From Patescibacteria group bacterium (GTDB lineage Bacteria; Patescibacteriota; Microgenomatia; UM-FILTER-40-11), in NCBI GenBank assembly GCA_035530075.1, contig DATKVM010000002.1, positions 24,818 to 88,817 of the forward strand: DNA of 64,000 nt, given 5' to 3'. Below, piece after piece: positions 29,207 through 39,560 of the stretch. The notes under the pieces are model-generated. The model made no database searches and was not told where the DNA came from. It worked only from the letters and a program-made list of their open reading frames with translations. The first letter of the stretch is position 1. Each line of letters starts with the position of its first letter. The position numbers were made by a program, and so were the translations under genes.

Positions 29207-30769
29207 TTACCTAACCGAAAAAATCTCTTTAGGCAACTCGTACTTCTGGATTGAAGTCTGATTCTGACTGCTTCTCTTAAGAAAGATAATTGACCAGTTA
29301 TCCACATAAACCGGCGCCCAAGCGGAGTCTTTAATCCGGCTGACCAGGAAGTTTTGGCCCCAGGGAGTTAAATCAAGACGGTAAAAAAAGATGGCGTTGA
29401 AATGATACTCCTTCTCCACCTCCTGCCACTTTTCCTCACTTTCCTGCATGGGAATATAAGTTTTTTCAAAGAATTCTTTTGGATAAGCTTCCGGCCGATT
29501 ATCAACAAAAACTCTTTCTTTTGGAAACAAATAATAAATCAAATAACCCCCATTATCATAATTATCAAAAATTGGTCCGGAAAGATGATTTTCTAGAAAA
29601 AATTCTGCCGCCTTTTCGTTCCCCTTTTCTAAACCAAACCCTAGCGAAAGTCGGGCTAGCCAATAAGAAGAATTCAGCAAAAACAATCCCAAAAGCAAAA
29701 GCCCTCCCAAAGAGGCAGCCATAAAGTCCTCTAGTTCTGGTCTTTCCCCTGTCTTCTCCCCTCGTCCGATTTCCCTTAAGTTGCCAGCAATAATCGGCCA
29801 GGCGAAATAGCCAAAAAGAGTTAAATTGCGAACAGCGGTCCAACCCATAAAAGAAAAGAATAAAGAAAACAGGAAACAACGATGAGTCACTTTCCTTTTG
29901 GCTAGAAAAGCGTAAACCCAGCTTAAAACCAAAACCCCAAAAACAATTTTGAAATAGAGGCTAGGCGGATAATTAACCAGTTTGTCTAAGAACCAAACGG
30001 TTTGATTTTCAAACAGTCGGTAGCCGTAACCTTTAAAAATTTGCAAGGGATACCAAAGGCCCTTTAATCCCGCCGGATTCAAAAAAGAAGCGACTAAACA
30101 AAGTCCTCCCGCAATACTTAAGTTTCTTAAGTAACTTAAGTCCCTTAACCCCCCAGTCTTTTTAAGAACAAAAACCAATTCCTCTAAAAAGAAAACCCCG
30201 ATTAGAAAAAATCCTAAGAAAAAATAGATATGTAAATTGACCCAGAAAAGCATAAGAAGCGGCAAGAGAAAAAGAAAACGAGAAGAAAGTCTCTTTTGCC
30301 TGAAATTATCTAAAATCCACCAAAAAACGCCGGCGAATAAATAGCTGAAGATCTCTGGGCGAATTTCAGTTCGCGAAACCAAAACCGGTAACACCAAAAT
30401 TGCGGTCAGCCAAGCAACCGAAAAGCGGGAACCTTTCCAAGCCAATCGAAAAAAAAGCCAGAAAGTGACCAAGGTAATTAAGCTAAAGAAAATTGAAAGA
30501 CCAACAAAGCCGGCAATCCGCCAAATCAGAAAAAAAATTATCCCACTTCCCCAATGATGATTAAGAAAGGGATAATCCGAATGAGTATAGGAGTAAGAAT
30601 TAGTCCGCCATATCTGCCAGGGGTCGCCTTGCAGAATAATCTCGCCGTTTTTTAGATGGCGTCCTAAGTCAGCCGTCGCTAAGTTAATTTTGCTGGACTG
30701 AAGAAAAATAAAAAGCAAAACCAAAACGGCCGTCAAGATTAAGCGCACTTTAACTAAAAAGGTCACCAT
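29207..30769 (-). CDS. large polytopic membrane protein, possibly a GT-C-fold glycosyltransferase (PMT/ArnT-like)
   Basis: 520 aa with about 12 TM helices and loops rich in aromatics. The assignment is fold-level only. Confidence 0.4.
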   Translation of the reverse strand: MVTFLVKVRLILTAVLVLLFIFLQSSKINLATADLGRHLKNGEIILQGDPWQIWRTNSYSYTHSDYPFLNHHWGSGIIFFLIWRIAGFVGLSIFFSLITLVTFWLFFRLAWKGSRFSVAWLTAILVLPVLVSRTEIRPEIFSYLFAGVFWWILDNFRQKRLSSRFLFLLPLLMLFWVNLHIYFFLGFFLIGVFFLEELVFVLKKTGGLRDLSYLRNLSIAGGLCLVASFLNPAGLKGLWYPLQIFKGYGYRLFENQTVWFLDKLVNYPPSLYFKIVFGVLVLSWVYAFLAKRKVTHRCFLFSLFFSFMGWTAVRNLTLFGYFAWPIIAGNLREIGRGEKTGERPELEDFMAASLGGLLLLGLFLLNSSYWLARLSLGFGLEKGNEKAAEFFLENHLSGPIFDNYDNGGYLIYYLFPKERVFVDNRPEAYPKEFFEKTYIPMQESEEKWQEVEKEYHFNAIFFYRLDLTPWGQNFLVSRIKDSAWAPVYVDNWSIIFLKRSSQNQTSIQKYELPKEIFSVR

Positions 30770-30799
30770 TTCAGTTTAGCAAATCTCGAAAGAAGGCGA

Positions 30800-31420
30800 C
30801 TAAACTGACAAGCTCTCAAACCTCTCCCCTGCCCCTCGCCAATTAACAATCTGCCACCAGTTATCAACATACCGACCTCTGGCGCTTTCATAATCGAGAT
30901 AGTAGGCGTGCTCCCAAACGTCCAAAACCACAATGATGGGAAGAGTCGGATAAAGATTATCTTGGTGGTTACCAATTTGAGTCAAGAGCAAACGCCCAAT
31001 CAGATGTTCGTAAGTTAGAGCCACCCACCCCGAACCCTGCAAACCTAAGGCCATTCGACCAAACTCGTCTTTAAACCGCTCCAAACTGCCAAAATCGCGG
31101 TCAATTGCTTCGGCCAAAATTCCCTCCGGGCCGGTACCGCCTGCCTCAGGCGAAGACAGAGAGGACCAAAAAAGGGAATGCAAAATATGACCCGCGACAT
31201 TAAAAGTTAAGTCCTGAACGACGGCGTTCATATTAAGTTTAGTTTTTTCATCCTTTGCCTTACTCATCCGCTGCAAAATTGAATTGGCCGCACCGATATA
31301 AGACTGATGGTGTTTTTCATAATGAATCCGCAATTGCTTTTCGGAAATAAACGGTTCTAAATCCGACAGACCATAAGGCAAAGGCGGTAAACTATAAATC
31401 TCTTTTTCCATTGGCTTCAC
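30800..31420 (-). CDS. sodA: Fe/Mn superoxide dismutase
   Basis: HHQSYIGAANS, DVWEHAYYLDY and metal-ligand His/Asp residues present. Confidence 0.92.
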   Translation of the reverse strand: MKPMEKEIYSLPPLPYGLSDLEPFISEKQLRIHYEKHHQSYIGAANSILQRMSKAKDEKTKLNMNAVVQDLTFNVAGHILHSLFWSSLSSPEAGGTGPEGILAEAIDRDFGSLERFKDEFGRMALGLQGSGWVALTYEHLIGRLLLTQIGNHQDNLYPTLPIIVVLDVWEHAYYLDYESARGRYVDNWWQIVNWRGAGERFESLSV

Positions 31421-31497
31421 CTCCTTTCAACCCCATCTTAGAAAATAAAAAAGCTTTCTTGCAAGCAAAAAGATACTTATCGTTTAGACGCTGGACG

Positions 31498-32817
31498 CTA
31501 ACCTTTTGTTTCTCTTCTAGTTTCCAGGGGATAAAAGGAGACGCGCGAAGGGACAAAACGCAAGTGAATCGCTCCAGTCGGACCATTACGATGTTTAGCG
31601 ATTTCTAGGGTAATGTTCTCTTGATTTTCCTCATCCTCTCGATATAGAAACATCACCACATCCGCATCCTGCTCAATGCTACCCGACTCCCGCAAGTCTG
31701 CTAAACGCGGCCGGGCGCCACCGCGGACTTCCACTGCCCGCGATAGCTGTGACATAGCAATAATAGGAATTTTCAACTCGCGAGCCAAATTTTTAATGCC
31801 CATTGAAATTTCGGAAACTTCTTGAACCCGGTTTTCCAAATTGCGGCCGTGAACTAATTGCAAATAATCAATAATTAAAAGCTGCAACCCTTTCTCCACT
31901 TGTAATCGCCGGGCTTTGGTCCTCATTTCCAAAAGAGAAATACCGGGAGTATCATCAATAAACAAAGGGGCGTCGGCCAGCACGCCCATTGCTTCCGAAA
32001 AACGAGTAAAGTCATCTTCCTCCAGTTTGCCGGTTTTTAGTTTCCAAGCGTCTATTTCCGATTGGCGGACCAAAAGCCGGTCGGTCAATTCCTCTTTGCT
32101 CATCTCCACCGAAAAAATACCCACGGGAATTTTATAGTCAACGGCCACACTCCGCGCAATATTTAAACCAAAAGCGCTTTTCCCTATCCCCGGCCGAGCC
32201 GCCAGAATAAGCAAGTTAGAGGGCTGCAGGCCGGCGAGAAGATTATCCAAATCCCGAAAGCTGGTGGGAACTCCCCTTAGGCCGCCGGCCCGCTTGTGAA
32301 GCTCATCCAAGCGGTCAAAGCTCTCCGCCAAAGCATCCTTAATCGGCATAAAACTTTGCTTAAGATGTTTTTGCGAGAGAGAGAAAACTTCCATCTCTGC
32401 CTGGTCCATTGCCTCACCCGCCCCTTTCCCCTCATCAAAAGCAACGTTAACAATTCGCGAAGCGGCGGAAATTAATTGTCTTTTGACATAAAGATCCTTA
32501 ACGATTTGGCCATATTTTTCGACGTTGGCGGCCGTTGGCACTTGATTAACCAATTCTACTAAGTAAGTGCTGCCGCCGATTTTGGTCAAGCCCCGGTTTT
32601 TCTTTAACTTGTCCCCCAGTGTCACCAAATCAATAGGCGAGCGCTCTTCATAAAGGTCGAGGACTGATTTAAAAATGAGGCCGCGGACATCACTGTAAAA
32701 ATGTTCCGGCCGCAAAAAGTCTGCCACATTAATAATGGCATCTTTGTCAATCAAGATTGAGCCCAAAATCGAAACTTCAGCCTCATCTGAATGGGGAGGA
32801 ATTTTAATCTCTGCCAT
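31498..32817 (-). CDS. dnaB: replicative DNA helicase DnaB
   Basis: An N-terminal DnaB domain, Walker A GIGKSAFGLNIARSVA and RecA-fold motifs. 439 aa. Confidence 0.95.
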   Translation of the reverse strand: MAEIKIPPHSDEAEVSILGSILIDKDAIINVADFLRPEHFYSDVRGLIFKSVLDLYEERSPIDLVTLGDKLKKNRGLTKIGGSTYLVELVNQVPTAANVEKYGQIVKDLYVKRQLISAASRIVNVAFDEGKGAGEAMDQAEMEVFSLSQKHLKQSFMPIKDALAESFDRLDELHKRAGGLRGVPTSFRDLDNLLAGLQPSNLLILAARPGIGKSAFGLNIARSVAVDYKIPVGIFSVEMSKEELTDRLLVRQSEIDAWKLKTGKLEEDDFTRFSEAMGVLADAPLFIDDTPGISLLEMRTKARRLQVEKGLQLLIIDYLQLVHGRNLENRVQEVSEISMGIKNLARELKIPIIAMSQLSRAVEVRGGARPRLADLRESGSIEQDADVVMFLYREDEENQENITLEIAKHRNGPTGAIHLRFVPSRVSFYPLETRRETKG

Positions 32818-32847
32818 ATCTCGGATTTAGAACTACAAGGGCAGGAC

Positions 32848-33486
32848 TTAAGATTTTTTCTCCAAAACGACCACCCTGGTTTCTTCAGGCAGCTTATCTT
32901 TAGTTAAAGAAAGTTTATCTAATCTTTCCGTCTTTTCCGCTCCCATTTCAGTCAAGAATTCGTTCAAATCAGCTAGTTCAGTTAAGCCAGGGACCCGAAA
33001 ATGCATTGGCAAAACTATCGAAGGCTCAATTTGGTTAACCGCCTCCACTGCTTCCTCCGGGCCCAAAGTGTATTTGCCACCGACCGGGACCATCAAAACA
33101 TCAACGCCGATAATTTCTTCCATTACTTCCGCTGGTGGCAAAACCCCCAAATCACCCAGGTGGCAAAGTCGCAAACCTTCCGCTTCAATGACAAAAATCG
33201 TATTTGGGCCTCTCTCTGCCCCCTTATTTTTATCATGGAACGAGGAATAACCAAAGATGGAAATACCCTTAATTTCATATTCCCCCGGCAGAGAAACGAT
33301 AAATGGCTCCCCTCCTACCGCCTCAACTTGATTGTGGTCTTGGTGCTGATGGGAAACCGTGACGATATCCGCTTCTGTTTTGGGAAATTTCCAGCCAACC
33401 ACTGCCGAAGAAAATGGGTCAGCAATAATCGTGGCAGATCTAGTCTTGATTCTAAATGAAGAATGGCCAAGGTATAAGATATCCAT
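32848..33486 (-). CDS. MBL-fold metal-dependent hydrolase (UPF0173-like)
   Basis: HQHQDHN metal-binding motif. 212 aa. Confidence 0.8.
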   Translation of the reverse strand: MDILYLGHSSFRIKTRSATIIADPFSSAVVGWKFPKTEADIVTVSHQHQDHNQVEAVGGEPFIVSLPGEYEIKGISIFGYSSFHDKNKGAERGPNTIFVIEAEGLRLCHLGDLGVLPPAEVMEEIIGVDVLMVPVGGKYTLGPEEAVEAVNQIEPSIVLPMHFRVPGLTELADLNEFLTEMGAEKTERLDKLSLTKDKLPEETRVVVLEKKS

Positions 33487-33547
33487 TTAAGCGACTATGA
33501 AATAAAGTAACAATCAATCAAGGTTATATTAACATTCCCTACTTTTC

Positions 33548-33576
33548 TTGACAAGAAGTGTCTTTTTGCTTAAGAT
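33548..33576 (+). promoter_or_regulatory. candidate promoter TTGACA-17 nt-TAAGAT
   Basis: TTGACA at 33548-33553 and TAAGAT at 33571-33576. The ATG lies at 33597. Confidence 0.4.
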
Positions 33577-33596
33577 AAGTGGCAATTGAGAAATAG

Positions 33597-34028
33597 ATGA
33601 AAAAGGAAGTTGTTTTAGCGATCGCCATCGGTTTCGGCATTGGCCTTATCGCCACCTTTGGTGTTTATAATGCTCGGAAAGCGATCGAAGAAGCCGATCA
33701 AATTCAAACTCCACTGGCTTCAAGCGAGGAAGACAAAGCAAATAATTCCGCAAGCGGGAGCCAAATCCTTTCCCTGGCATCTCCTCTGGATCAATCAATA
33801 ATTAAAGAGGGCAAAACGGCCATCAACGGGACCACCTCCCCTTCTTCCTGGGTAATTATTTTGACGGAAAAAGGGGAAAAGATGATTCAAGCAGATAAAA
33901 AAGGCAATTTTGAAACAGAAATCAACTTAATTTCTGGTGAAAACGAAATTGAGGTCCAAGCAATTAACGGTTTAGGTGAGAAAGCGAGCAAAACGATTAC
34001 GGTTGTTTACAGCACGGTTGAAATCTGA
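33597..34028 (+). CDS. secreted or membrane-anchored protein with an Ig-like beta domain
   Basis: An N-terminal TM/signal anchor and a C-terminal beta-rich region (NGTTSPSSWVIILTE...EIEVQAINGLGEKASKTITVVYS). Confidence 0.5.
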   Translation: MKKEVVLAIAIGFGIGLIATFGVYNARKAIEEADQIQTPLASSEEDKANNSASGSQILSLASPLDQSIIKEGKTAINGTTSPSSWVIILTEKGEKMIQADKKGNFETEINLISGENEIEVQAINGLGEKASKTITVVYSTVEI

Positions 34029-34765
34029 TGATAACTAAAAACTTAAAACTTAAAACTCCTGTCTGCCGACAGGCAAGATTTGCGCTTTTAACTCTAATTC
34101 TTAGCTTGGCACTTTTAGCTTTTCGCTTGCCAGCGAATGCCATTACCACTACTCCCTCACCCACCAGCTCTTCAACCCCCAGTCCCGCCAACACCGAAGA
34201 TGAAAAAGTCAAAGAAATCCGGGACGCAATAAAGGAAAAAGTAAGCGAAATTAAAGAGAAAATCGAAAAACGGGCTTATGTAGGAACGATTAATCAGATT
34301 ACCGACTCAACGATTACCGTTAGTAATTTTCGGGGGAAACAAAGAGTGAGATTAACCGAAGAGACGACGATTATCGGTCTGAGCAAGAAAGAAATAAAAC
34401 CGAATGAATTGGCCTTGGACGATAAAGTAATTGCGATGGGAAATTTGGGCGATAACGAAATCTTAGAGGCAAAGCGCGTGGTGGTCTTAACTAGTCCGAA
34501 AAACCCGCCCGCCAAAAGGTTGGTCTTCTTTGGCCAGATTACTAAAATTGACAGCAAAAACTCACTTCTTACTTTAACTGATCCTAAAAATAGCGAAATG
34601 ACACTGACGACTAAGGTGGAACAAGCCACTGGCCTTTATGCTCCCGACCAAAAGACCAACCCCAAATTTAAGGATTTGGCTGAAGGCCAAAAGGTAGTCG
34701 CCGTTTACCCCGAACCGGCTGAAGGCAAAACGGCCGTGGCTAAAAGCTTTTTTGTTCTTCAATAA
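34028..34765 (+). CDS. secreted hypothetical protein
   Basis: A signal peptide with an AxA site, then a Thr/Ser/Pro linker. The start overlaps the upstream stop, as in an operon. Confidence 0.5.
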   Translation: MITKNLKLKTPVCRQARFALLTLILSLALLAFRLPANAITTTPSPTSSSTPSPANTEDEKVKEIRDAIKEKVSEIKEKIEKRAYVGTINQITDSTITVSNFRGKQRVRLTEETTIIGLSKKEIKPNELALDDKVIAMGNLGDNEILEAKRVVVLTSPKNPPAKRLVFFGQITKIDSKNSLLTLTDPKNSEMTLTTKVEQATGLYAPDQKTNPKFKDLAEGQKVVAVYPEPAEGKTAVAKSFFVLQ

Positions 34766-34804
34766 TTTCCCTCCAAGCAATTGAGTATTCTCCCTTAAAA
34801 TTGT

Positions 34805-36082
34805 ATGATAAAAAAGATGCCAAACATAATTCCCCCCGTTAAAGGGACTCGGGATTTTTACCCAAAAGATTGGGCGTTTATTCAGTGGCTTTATGACAAA
34901 GTCAAAGAAGTTTCCCGGCTTTTTGGGTTTGAAGAATACGAAGGTCCGACTCTGGAAAGCCTGGACCTTTATGCCGCCAAATCCGGCGAAGAGCTGGTGA
35001 AAAAGCAAGCTTTTACTTTAACCGACCAGTCAGGTAAGGTCTTGGCTTTGCGGCCGGAAATGACGCCGAGCCTGGCCCGAATGGTCGCCCAAAAAGCCGG
35101 TTCCCTTACTTTTCCAGTCAAGTGGTTCACTTTTGGCCGGCGCTTTCGCTACGAAAAGCCCCAAAAAGGCCGGGGCCGAGAGTTTTTTCAATGGGACTGC
35201 GATATCTTAGGCGTAGATAATCCGGAAGCGGACACGGAAGTAATTGCTATCGCTGCTACTTTGCTTAAAAAGTTAGGACTGGAACCAACCGAGGTTAAAA
35301 TTAAAGTTAATGACCGCCAACTCTTGCAAGGAAGGCTCCAGGATTTAGGGATTACTGAGGAAAAAATTGTCCCTGCTTTTCGGTTGATTGATAAAGTTGA
35401 TAAGGTCAGCCGAAAGGATTTTTTTGAAATGGGCCAAGAGGCCGGCCTGACTGATGAGCAAACGGAAGCGATTTTGGGAGTGATTGAAGAAAAGAATGCC
35501 TACCTGGATTCATCTTGGTTATTACGGGTTTTTGAGCTTTTGAAAAAATACGGTGTTTCCGAATTTATTGAATATGACCCGCGAATTGTTCGGGGGCTGG
35601 AATATTACACCGGCGTTGTCTTTGAAGCCTGGGACGCCAAGGGCGAGTTCCGCTCCATCCTAGGCGGCGGCCGCTACGATAATTTAACCGCCGAGGTTGG
35701 CGGGCGAAAGATTATTCCCGGCACCGGCTTTGCTTCCGGCGATATGGTAGTGGCCGAGGTTCTCCGAGCTTACGACAAATATCCCAAGTTATCGGTCAAT
35801 CCAACGCAAGTTTTAGTCACCGCTTTTTCGGTTGAGCTTTTGGGGCCATCAATTGAACTGGCAAATAAACTGCGAGAAAGCGAGATTAACACCGAAGTCT
35901 TTCTGGAACCGGGAGAAAAGCTGGAAAAACAAATCAAATATGCCGACAGAAAAGGTATTCCATACGTGGCTATTCTTGGACCAGATGAGGCGGCCAAAGG
36001 AACAGTTACCCTTAAAAACCTTCGCGATGGCACTCAAGAGACTATTCCCCAATCCGAGATGGCGAAAATCTTAAAGCAGTAG
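34805..36082 (+). CDS. hisS: histidyl-tRNA synthetase
   Basis: Class II motifs including LRPEMTPSLAR, FRYEKPQKGRGREFFQWDCDI and GGGRYDNL, plus a C-terminal anticodon-binding domain. Confidence 0.95.
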   Translation: MIKKMPNIIPPVKGTRDFYPKDWAFIQWLYDKVKEVSRLFGFEEYEGPTLESLDLYAAKSGEELVKKQAFTLTDQSGKVLALRPEMTPSLARMVAQKAGSLTFPVKWFTFGRRFRYEKPQKGRGREFFQWDCDILGVDNPEADTEVIAIAATLLKKLGLEPTEVKIKVNDRQLLQGRLQDLGITEEKIVPAFRLIDKVDKVSRKDFFEMGQEAGLTDEQTEAILGVIEEKNAYLDSSWLLRVFELLKKYGVSEFIEYDPRIVRGLEYYTGVVFEAWDAKGEFRSILGGGRYDNLTAEVGGRKIIPGTGFASGDMVVAEVLRAYDKYPKLSVNPTQVLVTAFSVELLGPSIELANKLRESEINTEVFLEPGEKLEKQIKYADRKGIPYVAILGPDEAAKGTVTLKNLRDGTQETIPQSEMAKILKQ

Positions 36083-36085
36083 TCA

Positions 36086-36137
36086 ATGTAACATATATAA
36101 GCAAAGCTTGATTTTCCGAATTAAATATATATTACAT
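36086..36137. other. split inverted repeat ATGTAACATATATA-(23 nt)-AAATATATATTACAT, related to the 17194 palindrome
   Basis: Read directly from the sequence. It shares the ATGTAACATATATA arm with 17194..17207. Confidence 0.3.
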
Positions 36138-37104
36138 GGAGCCCAGGATAATGAGCGAAGAAAGAAGAAAGGCTTATTTGACCCTTCTAACAACTGCCTT
36201 TATTTGGGGACTAGCACCGCCAATTATCAAATACACCCTGCGCTATACTTCTCCCCTCACTTTCCTTTTTTACCGCTTTTTGATTGTTTCATTAATTCTA
36301 ATCGTCCCCTTAACCATTAAGTTCATAAAGCAAAGACCAAGCTTAAATCTTTGTTTTCAGTATTTAGCTTTAGGCTTTATCGGTACTCCCCTTACCCTGC
36401 TGCTGCTTTTCTTTGGGATGCAAAAAACCGCGGCCATTAACGCCTCGCTCATTTCTATTTTCACCCCGATTTTGATTATTTTGGGCGGGGTGGTTTTCTT
36501 AAGAGAAACAGTTACCCGTCAGGAAAGATTCGGTATCAGTTTCATTTTCTTGGGAGCTTTTTTAAGCATCCTTGAACCACTTTTTAAAAATGGTCTAAGC
36601 CTCAACCAAGGACTCTGGGGCAATTTACTAATATTCGGGGGGTCAGTCGCCTGGGCCAGCTTCTCCTTGCTCCGGCGAAAAGCAGGAGAGGCCCTTGATT
36701 CTTTTGTCTTATCCGCCTCTTCGTTCCTGGTCGGCCTAATCACTCTTCTCCCCTTCGTCACATTTAACTTTTCACTTTTAGCTCTTAACTCAAATGCCTG
36801 GCCGGGCATTTGCTATATGGCGATTTTGGGCTCGGTGATTGCTTATTTCACCTATATCTACGGCTTTTCTAAAATTGAGGCGTCCGAAGCAACTCTTTTT
36901 ACTTATCTGGAACCGATATTCGCGATTCCAATAGCGGTTGCCTTTTTACACGAAGAACTCAGTTTTATTTTCCTCTTGGGAGCTTTTTTTATCGTTATTG
37001 GCGTTCTGGTTAGCCAAACCAGAAAATTAAGACTTCCTCGGCAATTCCGACTGCTCATTTTTCAGCCGAAGATAAGCCGTGCCGAGAAGAGCTTCAAAAA
37101 ATAA
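36136..37104 (+). CDS. EamA/DMT-superfamily transporter
   Basis: 10 TM helices in two EamA repeats. Confidence 0.8.
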   Translation: MEPRIMSEERRKAYLTLLTTAFIWGLAPPIIKYTLRYTSPLTFLFYRFLIVSLILIVPLTIKFIKQRPSLNLCFQYLALGFIGTPLTLLLLFFGMQKTAAINASLISIFTPILIILGGVVFLRETVTRQERFGISFIFLGAFLSILEPLFKNGLSLNQGLWGNLLIFGGSVAWASFSLLRRKAGEALDSFVLSASSFLVGLITLLPFVTFNFSLLALNSNAWPGICYMAILGSVIAYFTYIYGFSKIEASEATLFTYLEPIFAIPIAVAFLHEELSFIFLLGAFFIVIGVLVSQTRKLRLPRQFRLLIFQPKISRAEKSFKK

Positions 37105-37317
37105 TATAGGTGGCCCAAAGCAACAACTATTCAATCCCCTTAACCGAGGGTCTAAAATTACTCCTGCCGTCAGAAACAGGGGCGGCAAAGCGGCTAAAAC
37201 CGCAATTGTCTTCTTCTGATTTTTGAGTAGCCGTTCCCTTTCTATTGAACTCATTCGCGCTTTACTATATAATGGTTTTAGCAATTAGCAAGATAATTTT
37301 TAATACTTTTTTGTGTT

Positions 37318-37629
37318 ATGAAGACTGATATTCATCCTAAATGGTATCCCAACGCCAAAGTAGTTTGCGCTTGCGGCCACACTTTTACTACCGGTTCCAC
37401 AAAAGAGGAAATCCGGGTTGAAGTTTGCTCCGCTTGCCATCCCTTCTTTACCGGTCAGCAAAAATTTGTTGATACTCTGGGCCGAGTAGAAAGATTTAAA
37501 AAGCGAAAAGAGGCGGCCGTTCCTGACTTAGTCAGTAAAAGAAAAAAGAAACTTCAGAAAAAGATCGCAATTGCCAAAGAAGAAGAAAAGCGGCCTAAGA
37601 CCCTGAAAGAAATGCTTTCTAAGAAATAA
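37318..37629 (+). CDS. rpmE: 50S ribosomal protein L31 with a Lys-rich C-terminal extension
   Basis: [27 protein letters not shown]...[14 protein letters not shown]. About 35 extra K/E-rich residues follow. Confidence 0.9.
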   Translation: MKTDIHPKWYPNAKVVCACGHTFTTGSTKEEIRVEVCSACHPFFTGQQKFVDTLGRVERFKKRKEAAVPDLVSKRKKKLQKKIAIAKEEEKRPKTLKEMLSKK

Positions 37630-38328
37630 ATGAACCCCAATATCGTCACTCTCGAAATAAGACCTGGTCCGGGCGGTGAAGAAGCCCGGCTTTGGGCGAG
37701 TGATTTACTGCGGATGTACAGCCGCTATGCTTTTTCCCAAGGCTGGAAAGTCACCCCCATTGACGAAGGGGTGGTCAAAATTAGTGGTTCTAACGCTTAC
37801 AGCGTCCTAAAAAATGAGGCAGGAGTTCATCGGGTTCAAAGAGTGCCCCTAACCGAAAAAAGGGGTCGGATTCATACTTCGACCGCTTCGGTCGCCATTT
37901 TAGGCGAAGTGCCGGAAACTCAAGTTCAAGTTAACCCCAATGAGTTAGCTTGGGAATTTTACCGGGCTTCCTCTCATGGCGGCCAAAATGTTCAAAAAGT
38001 CTCGACAGCAGTCAGACTGCGACATTTGCCTACCGGTATCGTCGTTACTGCTCAATCGGAAAGGTTTCAGGAACAAAATCGCGCCAATGCTTTAGCAATT
38101 TTACGCTCAAAACTCTGGGAAATTGAGAAAGACAAAAAAGTCAAAGCCATTGGCGACCAGCGAGCGATTATTGGTCGAGCGATGCGCAATGAAAAAGTTC
38201 GGACCTACAACTTTTTGCAAGATCGCGTCACTGATCACCGAATAAATAAGTCTTTCCACAACATTGAGGCAATTCTTGATGGGAAAATAGACAAAATTAT
38301 CGAAGCGGTGAAGGTTATTGGTAGTTGA
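37630..38328 (+). CDS. class-I peptide chain release factor lacking domain 1 (GGQ present; PLT where RF1 has PxT)
   Basis: It begins at the RF domain-2 sequence IRPGPGGEEARLWASDLLRMYSRYA. Contains GVHRVQRVPLTEKRGRIHTS and SHGGQNVQK. The ATG immediately follows the rpmE stop. Confidence 0.8.
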   Translation: MNPNIVTLEIRPGPGGEEARLWASDLLRMYSRYAFSQGWKVTPIDEGVVKISGSNAYSVLKNEAGVHRVQRVPLTEKRGRIHTSTASVAILGEVPETQVQVNPNELAWEFYRASSHGGQNVQKVSTAVRLRHLPTGIVVTAQSERFQEQNRANALAILRSKLWEIEKDKKVKAIGDQRAIIGRAMRNEKVRTYNFLQDRVTDHRINKSFHNIEAILDGKIDKIIEAVKVIGS

Positions 38329-38331
38329 TAG

Positions 38332-39552
38332 CTAGTTTTGTTCTTTCAGACTCACGGTAACCTTTTTCTCTTCCCCATCTCGCCAAACTGTAAGATCTAC
38401 TTTATCCCCCACTTTTTTCTTCGCAATTACTTGAGCCAAGTTAGTTTTCTCGGTTAATTTTTCCCCGTCGATTTTAATAATAATATCTCCTGGTTTAAGA
38501 CCGTCTTTTTCCGCCGGGGAGCCGGCTACCACCTCGACAATCCCCGCTCCTTCCATCCAACCCTTGGCAACCGCCTCCTCACGATTAATCATCCGATAGC
38601 GAACACCCAAAAACGGCCGGGAAAATTGGCCGGTTTTATTAAAGTTGTCAAGCATTTCTTTGACCACATTAATCGGTAAGGCAAAACCGATATTCTGGGC
38701 TCCGGAAGCAACCGCGGCATTAACCCCAATTACCTGACCGGCCGAGTTAATAAGCGGCCCTCCGGAGTTACCGGGGTTAATGGCAGCATCGGTTTGAATC
38801 ACATTATCCAAGCTTTCTGAGCCCTCGAAGGGGCTACCGGCAACGATTCCCCGTCCAAGACCGGAAATAACTCCCGTTGTCACTGTATTGCGAAATTCTC
38901 CTAAGGCAGTCCCAATAGCGATCACAAACTGACCCACCTTCAGTTTAGAAGAGTCACCTAGCTCCACCGCCTTAAGCTCCCCCGCCGGCGCCGAAACCTT
39001 TAAAATTGCCAAATCATTAGTCGGATCGCGAAAGATTTTTCCTACTTCATAAAGCTTGTTATCACGGCTAAAAACTCGATAACTGGCCGAGGTATCAGCC
39101 ACTACATGTTTGTTAGTGACGATAAGGCCGTCGCTAGAAACGACAAAGCCGGTGCCGATATCCTGCTCGATTTTTTGCTCTTGCGGTTGCCGACCGTTGC
39201 GCGGAAGGTTGAAAAAACCAAAGGGGTCAAATATCCCCTCAAAAGGGTCTAAAACCTTCTCTGTTTTTTTAATCCCCACCGTGACTACTGACGGAGAGTA
39301 TTTTTCCACCACCTCAATTACTATCGACTCCTCGGTCAGGACTTTCCTTTCCAAAACCTTTTCCCCTATCAATCGTTGAGGGAAGATTTTGTCCAACCAA
39401 GTAAAATTTCTTCCTTGGCTGGCCGCCACACCACCCAAAGTAATAAACACCAGAAAAATTCCGGCCGCCAGACCAATGAAAAACCTTTTTAATTCTTTCA
39501 TTTTCGTCATCTTATTAAGAACAAATTTAAGGTTTTTGGGCTTTTCTGTCAA
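38332..39552 (-). CDS. htrA: HtrA/DegP-family serine protease with a PDZ domain
   Basis: Catalytic triad region GNSGGPLIN, a trypsin fold, a C-terminal PDZ and an N-terminal TM anchor. Confidence 0.9.
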   Translation of the reverse strand: MTEKPKNLKFVLNKMTKMKELKRFFIGLAAGIFLVFITLGGVAASQGRNFTWLDKIFPQRLIGEKVLERKVLTEESIVIEVVEKYSPSVVTVGIKKTEKVLDPFEGIFDPFGFFNLPRNGRQPQEQKIEQDIGTGFVVSSDGLIVTNKHVVADTSASYRVFSRDNKLYEVGKIFRDPTNDLAILKVSAPAGELKAVELGDSSKLKVGQFVIAIGTALGEFRNTVTTGVISGLGRGIVAGSPFEGSESLDNVIQTDAAINPGNSGGPLINSAGQVIGVNAAVASGAQNIGFALPINVVKEMLDNFNKTGQFSRPFLGVRYRMINREEAVAKGWMEGAGIVEVVAGSPAEKDGLKPGDIIIKIDGEKLTEKTNLAQVIAKKKVGDKVDLTVWRDGEEKKVTVSLKEQN

Positions 39553-39560
39553 GGATAGAC

